In this document: positions 42,929 to 57,824 of the stretch, piece by piece
Layout: each line of letters begins with the position of its first letter
How positions within the stretch are numbered: the first letter of the stretch is position 1
Source: the human T2T-CHM13v2.0 reference genome, Homo sapiens
Reading direction: 5' to 3' (one strand)
Length of the DNA stretch: 64,000 nt
Assembly: GCF_009914755.1 (NCBI RefSeq)
Contig: NC_060947.1
The notes under the pieces: model-generated
The model's database searches: none
Seen by the model: only the letters and a program-made list of their open reading frames with translations
Told to the model about the DNA's origin: nothing
Made by a program: the position numbers and the translations under genes

Positions 42929-45009
42929 TTAGATATGGAAAGAGCATATTGGAATATGTGTTTTTCTCAACTTTTAAACTGTGTATGTTTGCGTATACTC
43001 TATAATACAACAAATAAAAATATGAAATATATTAGTAGATATATACGTATGTATAATTTAGACATACATAAATATGCACACTCAGGCAGAGGTGTGTGAT
43101 CAGAAAGTTTATAGATGGCTAGTCTAGTGATAGTGGGAAACAAGACCTCATTACCCCTGACCTCCTGGAGTTCACACATTCAGACATAGGACTGTCTGTC
43201 CTCTGAGCCTATGCTCCTGAGTCTCTCAATTTTATACTGCCTTGAAGTACACAAATCCTTCACATTGTTTGGACCAAAGCACAGACCATGGGTTTAATCT
43301 AAAATATATTTTTGTGAACAATTTATTTTCCAGACATTTATCTCTGAGGCCATTCCTCATTGTCAGAAAAAAATCAAAGGTATCTATGTTTGAATCTGCA
43401 CCTTCCATAACTCATTTTTATTGATGATGAATTTTTTATAGTTGAAACATGAAATGAATCTTAAAATTTGAAATAGAAACCCAGATAACTAACCATATTA
43501 CAGAATAGTTTCAATTTTTGCACACTCCCTAATTACTATTTTGTGTTTATATATTTAATTAATCCATTCTTTCAATAATTAATTCACCAGATATTTATTG
43601 AGAGCATGCTGATTTCTGGCCTCTGTTCTGTTGTTCTAGGCACTAAGGAATTCAAGCAGTGATTCAAGTTGTACGTCAGCATGTCTCGAAATTTTTGTCA
43701 TTTCCAAGAGCTAAATGCTAGGAAAAGCTTTACTTATCTGGAGTGCTGTGTTTTTCTCCTTGCTGATTCTTAGCTACCTACAGCAGACAGGGAAGCACTG
43801 TCAGTTACTCAGCTTTGTCAGATAAAAACGTAGCAAATATATAGAAATTTATTGTACTGGTAGAAACAAAGTAACAGTTCCAAAAGTGGTTTCCCATTTT
43901 CATGGCTATGAGCTACACTTTGGATTTTTAGCGTACAGACATCAGGATAGATCTGATTAATCAACTTTCTACCTTATCAGTGTACTGGAGTTCTGAAAGA
44001 GACTAATTCAGTTGAAAATAAACAATGTCAATCTATAAGATTCATGAGATGAGTGTATAAATGCTGTAACCTTCCCAACCTCTTCAGTTTTGTGGCCAAA
44101 TCTGGTAAATTTCTGAGTGTAAGACTGAACTCTGTGAAAGTAGATGTTTCTTTTATGAAATGCCTCAAGTTAAGCCAAGAGGAACTCTCAGTGGTATAAT
44201 ATGGAGACAGGATTGAGATGTGTCCTGGCTGACTACACTTGACAGTTAACAAGAATAGTTCTAGTCTACTAAATGGCAGCATTCTTGTTGACTTAATCAA
44301 AATTGATCTGATGCTAGGCTTCTAATGATGCTCTTTTGTTTGAATAAAGCTGATTGATCTCTTTACTGAACTGGTTGTGTCTTACTGCTCTCTAAATAGC
44401 TAACAGGTTGTTCTTCATTATGGTTATCAACAACAACAAAAAAATCACACTACCAGCACATAAATGGGTTTCTGATCATGGGACTCACAACTGACAAAAT
44501 GCCAAGGCCTCTGATCATAGTGGTAACAAATAGTTTCCAAGTAGAATCAACTTTATCAGCATTTAATACACACAGGTTACTAATACACAGTCTTAACTGG
44601 AATTTTGAGTAGAAGGCATCTTCTTGTGTTTCTTCTTATCAAGGAGTGTGCGAAATATATGTAAATGTTGATGTTTTGCTCGAGACTGGAGAATTTCCAG
44701 TAAAATGGATGTGACATAATTCAGTGTATGCATATAAAGTGCACTAAAATGGAGGCTCCATAAGGACATGAATATTTGTTTGATTCCCTGTTATGTCCTC
44801 AGTTCCTTATATAACACCCAATGCACATTTTTTGAAAGAATAAATGGATATGAGTATCACAAAGAGTGTCCATTTGATTACCTTGACTCCCTCACCTTCT
44901 CTTGGGCATACCAAACTACTTTCAGCTTCATGAGTAAGTCAGGCTCTCTCTCCCACTAGGCTTTTGCATCTTTTGCTGCTGCCATTGGGAATCTTAATTT
45001 CCAGAATAC

Positions 45010-45590
45010 TAGCCCCACTCACATTACTTCACCAGTCTCAGGACCTGAGACTTCTGTCCTTAGAAAGGACTGCTTCAACATTTGGCCCTTGGCTGGTGTC
45101 TGGGAACTTGGCTGGCAAAAGTTCTTTACACTGATACAAAACTTGCTAAATGGTAAAAGTGCCTCACTATGTTTAAATAGTTTTGCACAAACAATGTGGT
45201 TTATGCCAAACACCTACCTGTTTCCCTTCTGGGCATCTAGAATTTTGGTACATCCCAGGCAGAAGATGCCTATGTGATCAGTCCCCAGCAAAAACCGTAG
45301 GCACTGATTCTCTAATGAGCTTCTCTGGTAGACAATATTTCATGTGTGCTGTCATACTTGTTGCTGGGGAAAATAAGCACGTCCTGTGTGATTGCACTGG
45401 GAGCGGACTCTTGGAAGTCTGTGTGTAGTTTCCTCCAGACTTCTCTCCATGCACCTTTCCCCTTTGTTAATTTTGCTGTGTGTCCTATTGCTGTAATAAA
45501 TCTTAGCCAGGAGCATGACTATGTGCTGAGCCCAACAAGTTCCAGAGTGAATCATCAAACCTGGGGGTGATCTTAGAAGCCTCCAACATA
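45010..45590 (+). mobile_element. ERV solo LTR, MER21-like
   Basis: TTGGCCCTTGGCTGGTGTCTGGGAACTTGG; AATAAA near 45495; ends AACCTGGGGGTGATCTTAGAAGCCTCCAACA. Confidence 0.7.
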
Positions 45591-46301
45591 TCTTTTACTA
45601 TACACTCATCACATTTCATGAAATAAACAAGTAGCCTCAGATTCAATCTAGACAGTAAGTTTTATGAGGGCAGTAATCTTCCTGGTTTCACTCACCACCA
45701 TATCCCTAGCACCTAACTCCATGCCTTGCACATTGTGGATATTAAAAATACTATTGGAATTCAGGAATCAATCAATCAATAAACCAACCAGAGAATTCTC
45801 TATAGGGAATTAAGTTAATCAAAGTCTATACTTACAAACCAATTGTTAATAGTTAGAGGAATGGTTATAAACTCAATATTGGTTTTGATTTTTACACTTC
45901 AAGGTCCAACAATTTCTTGTGGAATACATGTCTAAACTTATAATAAGAACTAATTCAAAAATATGATCTAATGCATTCAGCTTTTTCTTTCTCACATTTA
46001 GCCTAGTATGTGGCCTGCATAAGGCAATAAACATGGTTATTAAATAACAAATACATGAAAATATATAGCAAGTTCAAACTCTATAATGAAATTACATTAG
46101 TTTATTCTCAGAATAAGAAATCACCCTGAACTGTGAAACACCATTCATTAGCAAGTCATCACAAACTTGCATTTCTTTTCTGCAAAACTTGTTGTTTGAC
46201 AAGAACTCCAAGCTTCTTGCTCTAACCCATTATTGTAATGATGGGGAGACAAAGGTTCAGAGAGGAAAAGAATCAGGGCTCTCTGATAACTGTATGCAGT
46301 G

Positions 46302-46685
46302 TGTTATGGATTGAATTGTGTCCTCACAAAATTCATAGGTTGAAATACCCCCAATACCTCACAATGTGACTATATTTGGAGATAAGGTCTTTATAGAGGT
46401 GATTAAGTTAAAATGAGGCTGTTAGGATGGGCTCTACTTCAATCTGATTGGTGTCCTTATAAGAAGAAGATATTAGGACATACAAAGAGACACCAGGGAT
46501 GCATGCACAAAGAAACGTCTGTCTGAGAACACAAGGAAAAGGTGTCCATCTGTAAGCCAAGGAGAGAGGCCTCAGAAGAAACCAAACCTTGAACTTGGAC
46601 TTCTAGCCTCCAGAACTGTGAGAAAATAAGTTAGTGTTGTTTAAGTCACCCCGTATTTTGTTATGGCAGCTCTAGCAAACTAACA
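46302..46685 (+). mobile_element. MLT1 (ERVL-MaLR) solo LTR
   Basis: TGTTATGGATTGAATTGTGTCC...GGACTTCTAGCCTCCAGAACTGTGAG...CTAGCAAACTAACA. Confidence 0.9.
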
Positions 46686-49600
46686 AAAGGAGTTTCTCAT
46701 CCTCCAGATGAAAACCTTTGCTACAATTCCTGTCAAACCAGAGAAAAGAGAAGGCAGCTGGCAGTCAAGGATTCCAGAAGCCCTGGGCAGTTTCTCCCTC
46801 TCTCCAGCTGTCCAGTCAAATTTCAGGCTGGAGAAGCCAAACTAGTCACTGGGAACTGCGGTGGGGGTGGGAGGAGTCTGCCTGGGCAGCCAGTTTGAAG
46901 CAGGACTGCTGTGTGCTGGCTATTAGCAGGCAGGCTCCTGGAGATGGCAGCATTAGCTAATGATTGCTCCTTCAGGCAGGACAGCTGCCTTTCTGCTTTT
47001 TTCCATAGCAATTTGTGGCCAGGGAAGGCTAAGCAACGGGCCCAAATAAAGCAAGGACCCTTGCCAGTGCCATATGTTTCTAACTGAAATGGGGAGCCCT
47101 AGAAATGCTTTTAGAAATAACCATTTGCTCTTAGCTAATTGCAATTCCCCTACCCCAGCCCTTTGTCAGACCGCAGCCTTCAGGAATACCAGGCTGCCTG
47201 GGGGACAATTGTACATTACATTGTCAGTCTGGGGTGTAAATTTCCCACTCCAGTCATCCTGTTGAACTCACAGTTCTGTCCCTCCTCCTAATCCTCCTTC
47301 CCCAACATGCCATCCATATTTCTGGCTCCAGGTGATGTCCACTATATACTCCATCTGGAACACCCTCCTTCTTTCTCTTGATCTAATTCCAGTCCTTTAC
47401 CTACTTCCAAGCTGAATTATACCTCTGTTATCTGTGAAGCCTTCCTTGGGCACCACAAGCTGCAGTAAGGCTTCTTTTCCTGAAGTGTAATGGTGCATAG
47501 TGACAAGGGACCTATACTGGAGCCACATCGAAGGAGTTGAGCAAAAGGTACACAGAGGCAGGGGATGGGTGCGATGAGAAACAACCCTGTCTGTGCACCT
47601 AGTATGCCATTTACTGGCTTGGTACCTAATCCCATGCTGCCTGAGGAACATACCTAGCATCCTGGTTTGACTCTTGGTCACATTACATATCATGTGCATT
47701 GATCACTACTGCCTCAGGGTTTTCCCTGCCAACCTCACCCCTTTCCCACCTCCCCACCCTTTGAGCATCACCTATAGTGTATGTCGCTGAATTCCAAGTG
47801 GCATGCAATTTTCTGCATGCCACTTGGCATATTCTCCCAAGTGGCTTGCAATTTTCTGAACTTGGTGCTGAATAGACATTTAGAGGTGAATTCAAATCCA
47901 GCATGGAACCTCTGTGAATTTCCAAGAAACTCTAAAAACAACTATTTTGCTGTGTTTTCTGCCATCCTTAAAATGTCAGTCAAAGGCCTGAAGGAAGAGC
48001 TAGCTGCTCTGTGAATTTTTTTTCTCTGTGAATTTTTTTTTCTGTGCCTAGAAATGTGTGTGAACCAATAGTGAGCTGGCAGTATATGAGACATGGCAAC
48101 GGAGCACAGGAAGGAAGACACCAAAAAATGCCCAACACAGGATCTCTGACCTTGAATTGTTTAGACGAATAAGGAAGACAATATACTGAGTGCTACAATG
48201 AGGGACAGGCAAGGAGATGTGGGACCATCAGGAAGGCAGAAAGGAATAGAAAATGAGGAAAGTTTACTGAGAACCTACTATACACCAGATTCTGTGACAG
48301 CTGCTTTACATGGATGATCTACTTCAGTTCCTTTAGCAACCCTGTGAATTGGTAGTATTATTACATCCATGTCTGACAAAACGAAAATCAAGGATAATTG
48401 AGTTGCCCAGAGCTGCACATCAAAAAAGTAGTAAGGGTAGGAATTGAACTCAGGTCAATTGTACTTCAGGGACTGTACTGTTAGTCACTGTGCTGAACTA
48501 GCACATGCAGTACTGAAATTCAGCTCTAAATCTGTGGCAAGTTAACTTTTACTAGGCGGGAATAAGGAAGCTGTGTCTGCTCCTCAAAGTCAAGTTGGAA
48601 GGGGAGAAACAAATGCAGGGGAAGCCAGAGTGATCCCTAAATGTCCCTACTACTACACTTCTTCCTCCCATCTGAGCTCAGGGAACCTAGTCCTCTCCTC
48701 CTCCCTCAATGTACATACCGGGGGAATGTACTCTGGGGAAGAGAAAAGGACCTGTCATGTGTTCACACAGCATGTCTCCTGATGCTCAGTGCACTTCCCT
48801 TGCACCCAGGTTTTAGTCCCAGAATGTTACCTTCTCAAAGCAAGGACCGTACATTTCTATGCATGGTCTTTTCCAGACACATCCCAGCTAGAGCAATCAA
48901 CAGCCAAGACCTCAGCAACCGGACCACTGAAACTGACAAGAAAAACACAGCAAGTTCCTAGGTCCTCATGCTTGGCATTGCAGCTCTCCACTCATCTCTG
49001 CTCTGGATCTTCGACCCTCTCTTCTCAGTGACCACTAGCTAGTGGTTGAGATGAGTCCAATCTGGCTCCTCTCACACAGGAAATGCAAGGCCCTTGGCAT
49101 ACCATGTGTCCCCTCCTTAAACTGCTTGGCTCCTGCAGCCTACCCTGAAGCTTTCTGGTCCCCCAGCTCTTTTTGCTTTTCAGCAAAAAAAGAGTTTTGA
49201 TTACAAAAACTGTCAGAAGTAAGAAAATTTATCCTTGTTAAAGGACACAGCCAAAATCAATATATACATTCTATTCCATATAACAGTCATTTCATTTATG
49301 CTAATTAAATAACAGCTCCACAATCAATTATTTGGCTATTTACTAATGGAAAATAATGAAAGCGACTCATGTGAATAAATTCATGCTCCTCCTTTTAATC
49401 ATTTTAGGATGTTCTGCACACATTTTAATACAAAAGTGCTCACATTCCAGGTTTGCCGGAACAGCAGGCAGGTCCTTTCCTTGAACGACAACTCCTTAAG
49501 GCCAACAGGGTAGCAAAAAGTAATGAGTGGAAGCTGAGAGCGTAAAAATATTTACTGCACATAGTCCACATTTGGTTTCCATTGCAGGTTGGTCTGAGTC

Positions 49601-52442
49601 ATTGCTGGCTTTTGGTTCATAAATTAAAAAAGCAGATTTCTGGGTAATTGCAGATTCCCTGACCAAGGGCTTGGGATGGCATCACGTATCTGACAAAACC
49701 ACTTTTGCTTCAAGAACTCAACACTCCTAACCTTCTGCAATAGATTGGGAACACTGCATACACCAAGCGAATATTGATGCCCCGACATCTCCTTAGGGCT
49801 TATTTCAAACTGGTTGCCTCCCCTGTAAAATGCCATTTATGGCAACTGGCTGAGAGGGAGCTATTTATAGTAAGCAAAGCAGGGCATTGCTCTCCAGACA
49901 CCTCAAGTGTGCTTTTCTCATCACCTGTTTCTCTGAACAAGCAAACAAGGGAAGAATGAAGTTCTAATGCTGGCTGAGGAGAAAGAAAATATGTGGAGCA
50001 GCTACAAAAGATCAGCTTGCTGTTCTCAGGCCCTGGTTTCCAGGGGAGATGCAGTAATCTTTAACCTTCTCAGTGCAGTCCCGCCTGCCTTACTCTGTAG
50101 CTGAAGTCTGGCCACTGCATTGTCCCAACTGGCCTACTTCTCAAGTGCAGCATTGGAAAAGTGGAAGGGGTATGGGCTGTGGAATCCAAGAGACCTAAAT
50201 CCACTCTGCCACTTAGAAGTCATGTGACTTTCGACAATTACATCACCTCTCTTAACTTTAGCTCCTCATCTGTAACTTGGAGCTGTGTAGGCTTGTTGTG
50301 AGGCTAGAGCAGTAAAGCAGCTGACACATCATAGGCCTTCTGTAAATGGCAATTGTTACTGTTAATAGTGAAGGTCAAGATCCTATATTTCACCTCTTCT
50401 CTATACCTAACGATTAGCACCAGTGATTTTATGAATGAAAACAGCCTTTAATAAACCCTTGCTATATGCCTGGAACTCTGCTGGATGCTATGCATGCCTT
50501 GTTGGGGTGTATGAGGATGTAGTGGGGGTAAGTGGGGAGATGATTGTTACAATGAAAGGAGTCCTCTGCTTTCTGAACTCCTGTCACCTTTAGCAACCAT
50601 TATTAAGCTCAAAGATGTTTGTGCCAGAGTTCGTAAACAATGCACCGTTAACCCAGATCGATGTTATTTATATTGTCGTGCACCTAACACATATTTACCA
50701 TCTTTCAACAATTCTTTGCAGTCATCCTAAACAGAATAAGTGGAAAGGCACCACTGTGTGGTTTGAATGTCTATGTGTGCATGTACCTGTGTGTGCATAC
50801 TTGGACCAAAGAGAAAGCAAGGAATAAAATCCCTTTGCAAGTGCTTAAAAAGCAGTTTCTTTCCATTAACCCTCTTCCCCTTCGTTTGAGTTCCAGTGTT
50901 CATTCCTAGGGAAAAAGGACCACAAAGCTGACACAAGCCTGCCTCGGTGTTAGCCCCACTTTACAAAGTTAGAGAAGAGAGATTCTGGAACCCACCAAGG
51001 TGGGCAGGGGAGGGTGTTGTGGGGAATCTGGCCAAAACAAAGGAAAACATTTACAGACAATTAGTTGCAAGTTAGAAGACTGAGGGCTAGCAGGCTTGCC
51101 TTTGTCCATACCACTCCTCCTTATCCACAAAACCCTGTGAAGCTCAGCAAGTTTAACTACTTTGTCCAAGGTCATGTGGCTAGTAAGAGGCATAGCCAGG
51201 ATTCCACTTCAATGTGAGCTTACTGTCAAGTCCTCCAGCTTTCTTTCCTCTTGTACCATAATGTACCATGAGGACTTTATTGACAGGTCACTGGGTCAAC
51301 ACAGAGCCAGATTAGAATCCATATCTAAACTGTTAACCTAGGTTCTCTAACATCTCACCATAAGAGGTGCCTAGAAAGCTACAAGTGAAAACAAACAAAA
51401 AAACAAACCTGGAACAATCAAGTAAGGACAGGTCAAAATGAAAGCTAAACTTTCTCCCAGCTTCTAAGAACATGTGTCTGGTCACAAATTGCATTACATC
51501 AGGTACTGGATCAAAATCCAATACTGTCATACTGGATGTAGATTTACATGGATGTAGATACTGGATGTAGATACTGTCATATCATGTAGATTTATGTTCC
51601 TCTCCGGCCCTGATCTCAGCAGAATCACCATGTTAAATGTGCCTGAAAGAACTTCAGGGGTTTAATTCAAGTCAACTTAAAAGGCCTTTGACGATACTTT
51701 TTTATGGTTCTTGAGATTTAATATTCTCTACAATGCTGCCTGCTCTTTCTCTTGCTTGCCATTCAGATCTTGTTAATGATTACTGATGAATTTCACAAAG
51801 GTCACAGACACAATTTTTTACTCTCATTACTATACTCAGTCAACACCCTTGAACTGAGTAGTACTGCTCTCCCGGAGCTCTGAGTGCTTCACCACTCCTG
51901 GAACTGCTTTGGGAATGTTTAAGGTCAAAGGCTTTGAAAGGACCACTGAGGCAGCAGATAGGTAAGGAGCCATGCTGCCATCCACAGGGTTAAAGCCAGT
52001 AGTAAGCCAGTGGCAAGTCAGTTGCTCAAAAAGCAAATCAATACTGCACTTCCTCATGATGTCTGCCCCATTGGACTTGAAAGCAGCGACTGTGACTAGG
52101 GACCTCCACTGTCCAGCACAGTGCCGGTTTAACAAAGCTGCCCCATCATCAGTGTCCATCATGTTTGCCCCATATGTCCACCTCCAGAGGATATTTTTGA
52201 CCTTTAACTTCAAAAGACTGCTTGCCAGCACTGGACATTGAGAACCACACTTTATTCTTTGATATTCCCATACCTTGACTTTCCTGACTCTGCATTATCC
52301 TGGTTATCTTTCCACGAAATCCATCCCCTCCTTTGTCTCCTTTACTGCGTCGTTTTCCACTTTCTGACTCCTAATTGCAGGTGGTGACAGAGGTCTGTCA
52401 ACACCTCTTTTTTCTTTCTCTTCTTGCCTTTTTTCTCTAGGT

Positions 52443-52652
52443 AAGTGCTATGCAATAGCACTTTCTGTGATAATAGAAAGGTTCTATACCTCTGCAGTCC
52501 AGTATAGTGGCCACTTTCTATATGTGACCATTGATAATTAAGTGTATCTAGTGTGACTGAAGAACTGAAATTTTAATTTCATTTAATTTTAATGTTTAAA
52601 TTTAACTAGCTGCCTGTGGCAGGTGCCTATCTTATTGGCTAATGTAGCTCTA
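52443..52652. mobile_element. MER3-like hAT-Charlie relic
   Basis: AATAGCACTTTCTGTGATAATAGAAAGGTTCTATA...GTGTGACTGAAGAACTGAAATTTTAATTT. Confidence 0.7.
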
Positions 52653-54914
52653 GACATTTGCATGTGGCAATCTCATCTCATCCTATGGTTTCAGGAGCAA
52701 CTTTATTTATGACTCCTCAATGTCATTTGGCTTGATACCAACTTCCCAATGGTGCCTTTGACCTGATAACCACTGTATGTGGAAGAATTTCATAGCCGTT
52801 AACTCCACTGAAATCTCTACTTACTGCCCTAGCATATATAATAAATACTTATTTAATGAAAGGATGAACAAAGGATAGGTAATTTTAATTTCATCCATTT
52901 TTGTGAGAACTAGATTTTTTGGACTGAGAGGAAGACTGTTTAGACAAAGAAGAAATTAATTGGCTGGTTGTTCAAAGATAAAATTTACATCTTTCTTCAA
53001 ATTTATTATATTTCTCCACCACATTTAGGACGTTATGGGCTTCAATTCTGTCTTATGAGGAGGAAGCATAGTGTTAGAGTTAAGATCTTGGTATTGACAG
53101 TCAAATTGTCTGGGTATGAACCCTGGCTGTACCACTAACAAGCTATGCAACAATAGGCAAGTCACTTACCCTCTCTGTGCCTAAGTTTTCTTATCTGTAA
53201 AATGGGAATAATAGTAGTACTTACTTGATAGGCATATTGCAAGAAGTAAATGAGATCATGCATAAAATTGCACCTAAAGCAATATCCAGCATATAATAAT
53301 GATGATAATAATAGCTAATATTTACCTGAATCACAGTCTTCCTGTGTTCACTACATTTGGCTTGGATATGTGATCCATTGGGAAGCCCAGGAATGCTGGA
53401 TCTCAGGTCCAAATGAAATACCCTTAAGGAGGTCCCCAAACTCCAGAATCTAAGTTAGCAGAACTGCTGAGTAGACACAGTCTTGTACATAATTTCCAAA
53501 ATGGCTGAGTTTTGTTTTTACCATACTTGACTATAAGTAGAGAAAATGGAGACACCTGCTTAGCTCACAGCAAACTTGGGAAAAAATGTTTATGTTTATG
53601 TGTATGTATTATATCATATACACCAAGATAATACATAGTTTATATTATATATACATATATATATTTCAAAGCATGCTGTGAGTTAAGCAAAGGGATCCAT
53701 TGTTTCAGTTACACTACACACATCTTATGTAAATATATAATATATTATGCAGATCACAAACTATATATATTTTATATATATACATGTTCTATATATATGG
53801 AGGGGTTTCCCCTATTTGGGTGGATACTTACTACCTACAAGTCCAGCTGGGAAATCATGTATGTCCTTGCTGGTTTGGGGACCGATAGAGAACACACTCC
53901 ACAAGTGTTTGTAGTCCTTGCATTGTCACATCCAACACATTTGCCTGTGCACAAAAGCGTGGCTTGTTGTATATGCAAAGACACTGTGTCTCTTGCACTG
54001 CAAGCAAGATAATTAGATGCTAAGACCCTAAAGTCAACATTTGTTTTTGGATTGAGTGTTCTGGTAACAGTTAATTAGCATCTTCATGCACAGTATTATC
54101 CTCTACCCTAAATCATGAACCTCAACATGAGGGACTGCTTCAGTGGATACTAAAGAGTTGGCATTCTTCCCTTTGTGCACTACCCCCTGCCCGCCTTTAA
54201 GTCACCAGCTGTAAAACATGGCCTTTAGCTCTTTCTCCACATGGTATGTTGCAGTTATATGCTACATCCCGTGTTAATAATACATCTTCAGCAATGGGAC
54301 AGCTGTCACTCTTGCATTTACATATCAGATAGTGAGAAAACAGAGCCAGGGAAATGGCTGGACCAGGGCAGCATGAGGACAATAAGTGCTCACACACCAG
54401 CTGGCTGCTCCTTAGAAAGAAGCAAGAGGTTGTCAACTAGATACCTTGCCAACTACCCTGTGCCTGAGGCGTAGTAGAAAGGTAAGCACTGGCAGTTCCA
54501 CTGATCCAATCATTCCAAACCGGCTTTACTTCCCCCTGCATGAGTAGCCTTTGCTGACTGTGTTTCTAGCTTAGACCCTGAGCTGAGAAGCCCCTTCCAT
54601 TCCTAAAGAACTTCAGATCCAGGGAACTATGAGAAGAATCCAGCATCTCAGGAACAAACTGTGATGAGGAAGCATGCCATCTCTGAACCTGGGCCATAGA
54701 CTCTTGGCATAAACCTCAACACGAGGGGCTGCTTTTCCAGATGAAAGCATGTGTAATTAACCCTGTGATACTCTAGCTGAATAAAATCACATTCTATTTT
54801 TCTGCCCGAAATAAAGTTTGGATATGGAGCAATCCTCTAACCCCCGATGATGTAAACACTCAACTTTTTGCAAATAGTATAACAGCTATTAGGCATACAC
54901 TCTAGTGTAGGCTG

Positions 54915-55255
54915 CTTAAAGGCAAACTGTGGCCGCAAGGTCAAATCTGGCCCAATGCCATCTATGTTTACACAGCAGCAAGTTTAGGGTGGCTTCCACA
55001 TTTTAAAATGGTTTAAAGAAATAAAAATGAAGACTGTTTCATGATACATAAAATTATGTGAAATTCGAATGTCAAGGTCTGTAACTATAGTTATAGAACC
55101 TGCCATTAGTTACAGACACAATCATACTCATTTGTTTTATAGTCTATGGCTGTTTTCTAACCAGAAAGTTGAGTAGTTGGAACAGAGGCTGCAAACCCTA
55201 AAATATTAAGTACTTACTGTCTAGCACTTCACAGAAAAATTTGCCAACCCCTTTC
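54915..55255. mobile_element. MER58-like hAT-Charlie relic
   Basis: GGCAAACTGTGGCC...AAATCTGGCCC start and ACAGAAAAATTTGCCAACCCCT end. Confidence 0.75.
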
Positions 55256-57271
55256 TTAATGCTCCAGTAGCCTGTTTTATAAAATGTGGTTAACTTTACC
55301 TTTATTTTTAGACTTTTGTAAGGATCCAATTAGGTGATGCATATAAACATGCCTTCTTGGGGATTTGAAAGGCAACACAGAGGCAGGAAAGAAATCTGGG
55401 GTCATCAGAGAAATGGCTGTTATTTCTTCTTTTCAATAAGTTCCTCCACAATAATGGCAAGCATCTATTCAACACAATAAACATGTGCTAAGCCTCTGAA
55501 TGGCAATAAAATGGTTAAGAACTCAGGAGTTGGAGGGATCTTGCTTTGGATATGAGTTCTATCATTTCCTTAATATGTATTTGGGAAAAGTCTTATGACC
55601 TCACTGAGCCTCTTTCTTCATCTGTGAAATGAGGCAATAATATATCATTCCATGTAATGTTCACAGCAGTCCAGTGAGAGAAGTAATTATTAATAAAGTG
55701 TTTTGTAATGCAAAAATGCTTTGCATGCAGCTGTGATTATTATTACATGTACTGTCTCTCCCTCATTCACTTGCTTAGTCACCCCTTCAGAAAATTCCAG
55801 ATCTATTAGGCACGGCTTCTCTTTACAGAATCTAATGACACATACTGCCTTTCTTCAGATAGATTTCTGTGGTCCTGTTCTCTATTATAAATTCCACCAG
55901 CTTATTTGACATAGAAAGCTAGACTCACTTATCTCACTGGTACTATAACAGGCACTCTGTCCCAGTGCCCATTTGTTATGTAGTAGAAAACACCCAAGAC
56001 ATCTTTCAAAACAAATCAAGGCACAATTTGAATTAGAGATGGCCTGAAGTTTAAGGCCTGGAGGAGATTTCAGAAAAAGTGTAGTTGCATAAAAATGAAC
56101 AGGAGCTATATTGTGATTGAAAGAGCTGTCTCAGCAGTCAGATGGCCTTGGGTTTGAATCACCACTGTGTCCTTTACAGCTGTGAGGCCTGGAACAAATT
56201 ATACTCAATCTCTCCGAGCCCTTTGAGGTCTCCCCATTGCACTAGAGAAAACATCACCATCCTTCCCATGACTATCAAGGCCCTGCACAATCACACTTGT
56301 CGTGTGCAACTCTTCCTCTCTCTTTACTCTCAAGTCTTACTGGGCCTGTTTCAGTTCTCGAATGTTCCATGCTCTTTCCCACCAAAGGGACTGTGTACTT
56401 GCTATTTCCTCTGCTGGGAGTGAAGCCCCTATTTCCACTCTGCTCTCTCGCCCATCTTACCTAGTTGACACCCATTCATCTTTCAGACCTCACCTCAGCT
56501 TAAAAGTCATTTCTCTAAGAAAATCTTCTCTGACTCCATCCTCCATGTCTACATAACTGACTTAATTCTTTCTCACCGATCCCCACTGTAGCCTGTACCT
56601 TTGTGTACTAGCATTTGACACCAATACTTACATTTTTTAAAGTGTAAATTGAGCATTATTTGTTAAATGTCTGTCTCACCCAGAGAGCTCACCATTGAGT
56701 TTGGACTTCCTCACCATTTTATCTGTAGCACACAGATTTGCACCTGCTACATAGTAGGTGGTCAATAAATGCTTGTTGTATAAATGAATGAATGACTCTG
56801 TGATGTGCTCTTGCTAATGTGAAATTTTAGAGGACATCAACTTTACAGAGCTAACAAGTTCTGGAAGGCTATCAATTGCACAGTGGTCGTTCCACTAATG
56901 ACAAAATGCCTTGGGAAGCAGGAAGGATGTTTTCAGAGTAGCAGTTACAACCTCCCTGCTGACATGATTTCAGTGCAAACCCATTTCTCTTTGCTATTGC
57001 TAGTCAGAATGCTATTAGAAGTCAAATAACGCAACCCATATTTAGGGAGCTTAAATATCTTTTTGATGTTGCACATGATTTATAATGTCTACAAAGGCAT
57101 AGCTGAGATGGCTGATGTTTCCTTACCTTGCAGCAAATTAAGGAGTCTATTTTTCCCTAGCAGGTGTGTGAATACTGTAAACCTAATTAATGCTAACGAT
57201 AGAACATGCCTGCAAAGAGACCAAAGTGAAGGAGAGAGATCCTTCCTGTTAGAATCTTCTCACCACTCCTC

Positions 57272-57468
57272 ATGTTATAGTTTGAGGTCTTACATTTACA
57301 TCTTTAATCCATTTTGAGTTAATTTTTGTATATGGTGAAGGGTAGTGGTCCAGCTTCAATCTTCTACATATAGCTAGCCAATTATCTCAGCACCATTTAT
57401 TGACTAGGAAGTCCTTTTCCCATTGCTTGTCTTTGTCAACCTTGTCAACGATTAAATGGTTGTAGGTG
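57272..57468 (-). mobile_element. Internal L1 (L1PA/L1PB) ORF2 fragment
   Basis: TCTTTAATCCATTTTGAGTTAATTTTTGTATATGGTG...CAGCACCATTTATTGA...CCCATTGCTTGT, antisense L1 ORF2. Confidence 0.85.
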
Positions 57469-57824
57469 AGGTTCCAAGGCCGGGAAAGCTCACCAGAGCA
57501 TCCATGCCCAGATGATTCACAGGCCCAGGTGCTCAAGGACGAGGCTCTGTGGGCCAAGTTTTCAGAGTCTAAGCGGCTTCAGGGGAATCTACGTTTTCTG
57601 CTATATGATGTGAGGTGAGAGGGGACCAGAACTTGGAGAGCGATTATGGAAACAGGATTCAGGAATTGGGATTGCCAAGTTGAGTTTCTTGGCCTCAGCA
57701 AGGCACTGGTGCTGGCTTCTTCTTCTTGAAATAAAATAAATAATCTCACTCATATTTTTATGTCTTTTATCCAAGATATAAAATCCACATAGCCCATTTT
57801 GCAGAATATACTAAACTTTGTTTC

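Noticed and set aside
51836-52241. 131-aa and 89-aa overlapping ORFs as a possible pseudogene
   Set aside because: No recognisable protein family, poly-A tail or TSD. A BLASTX search would be needed to revive it.
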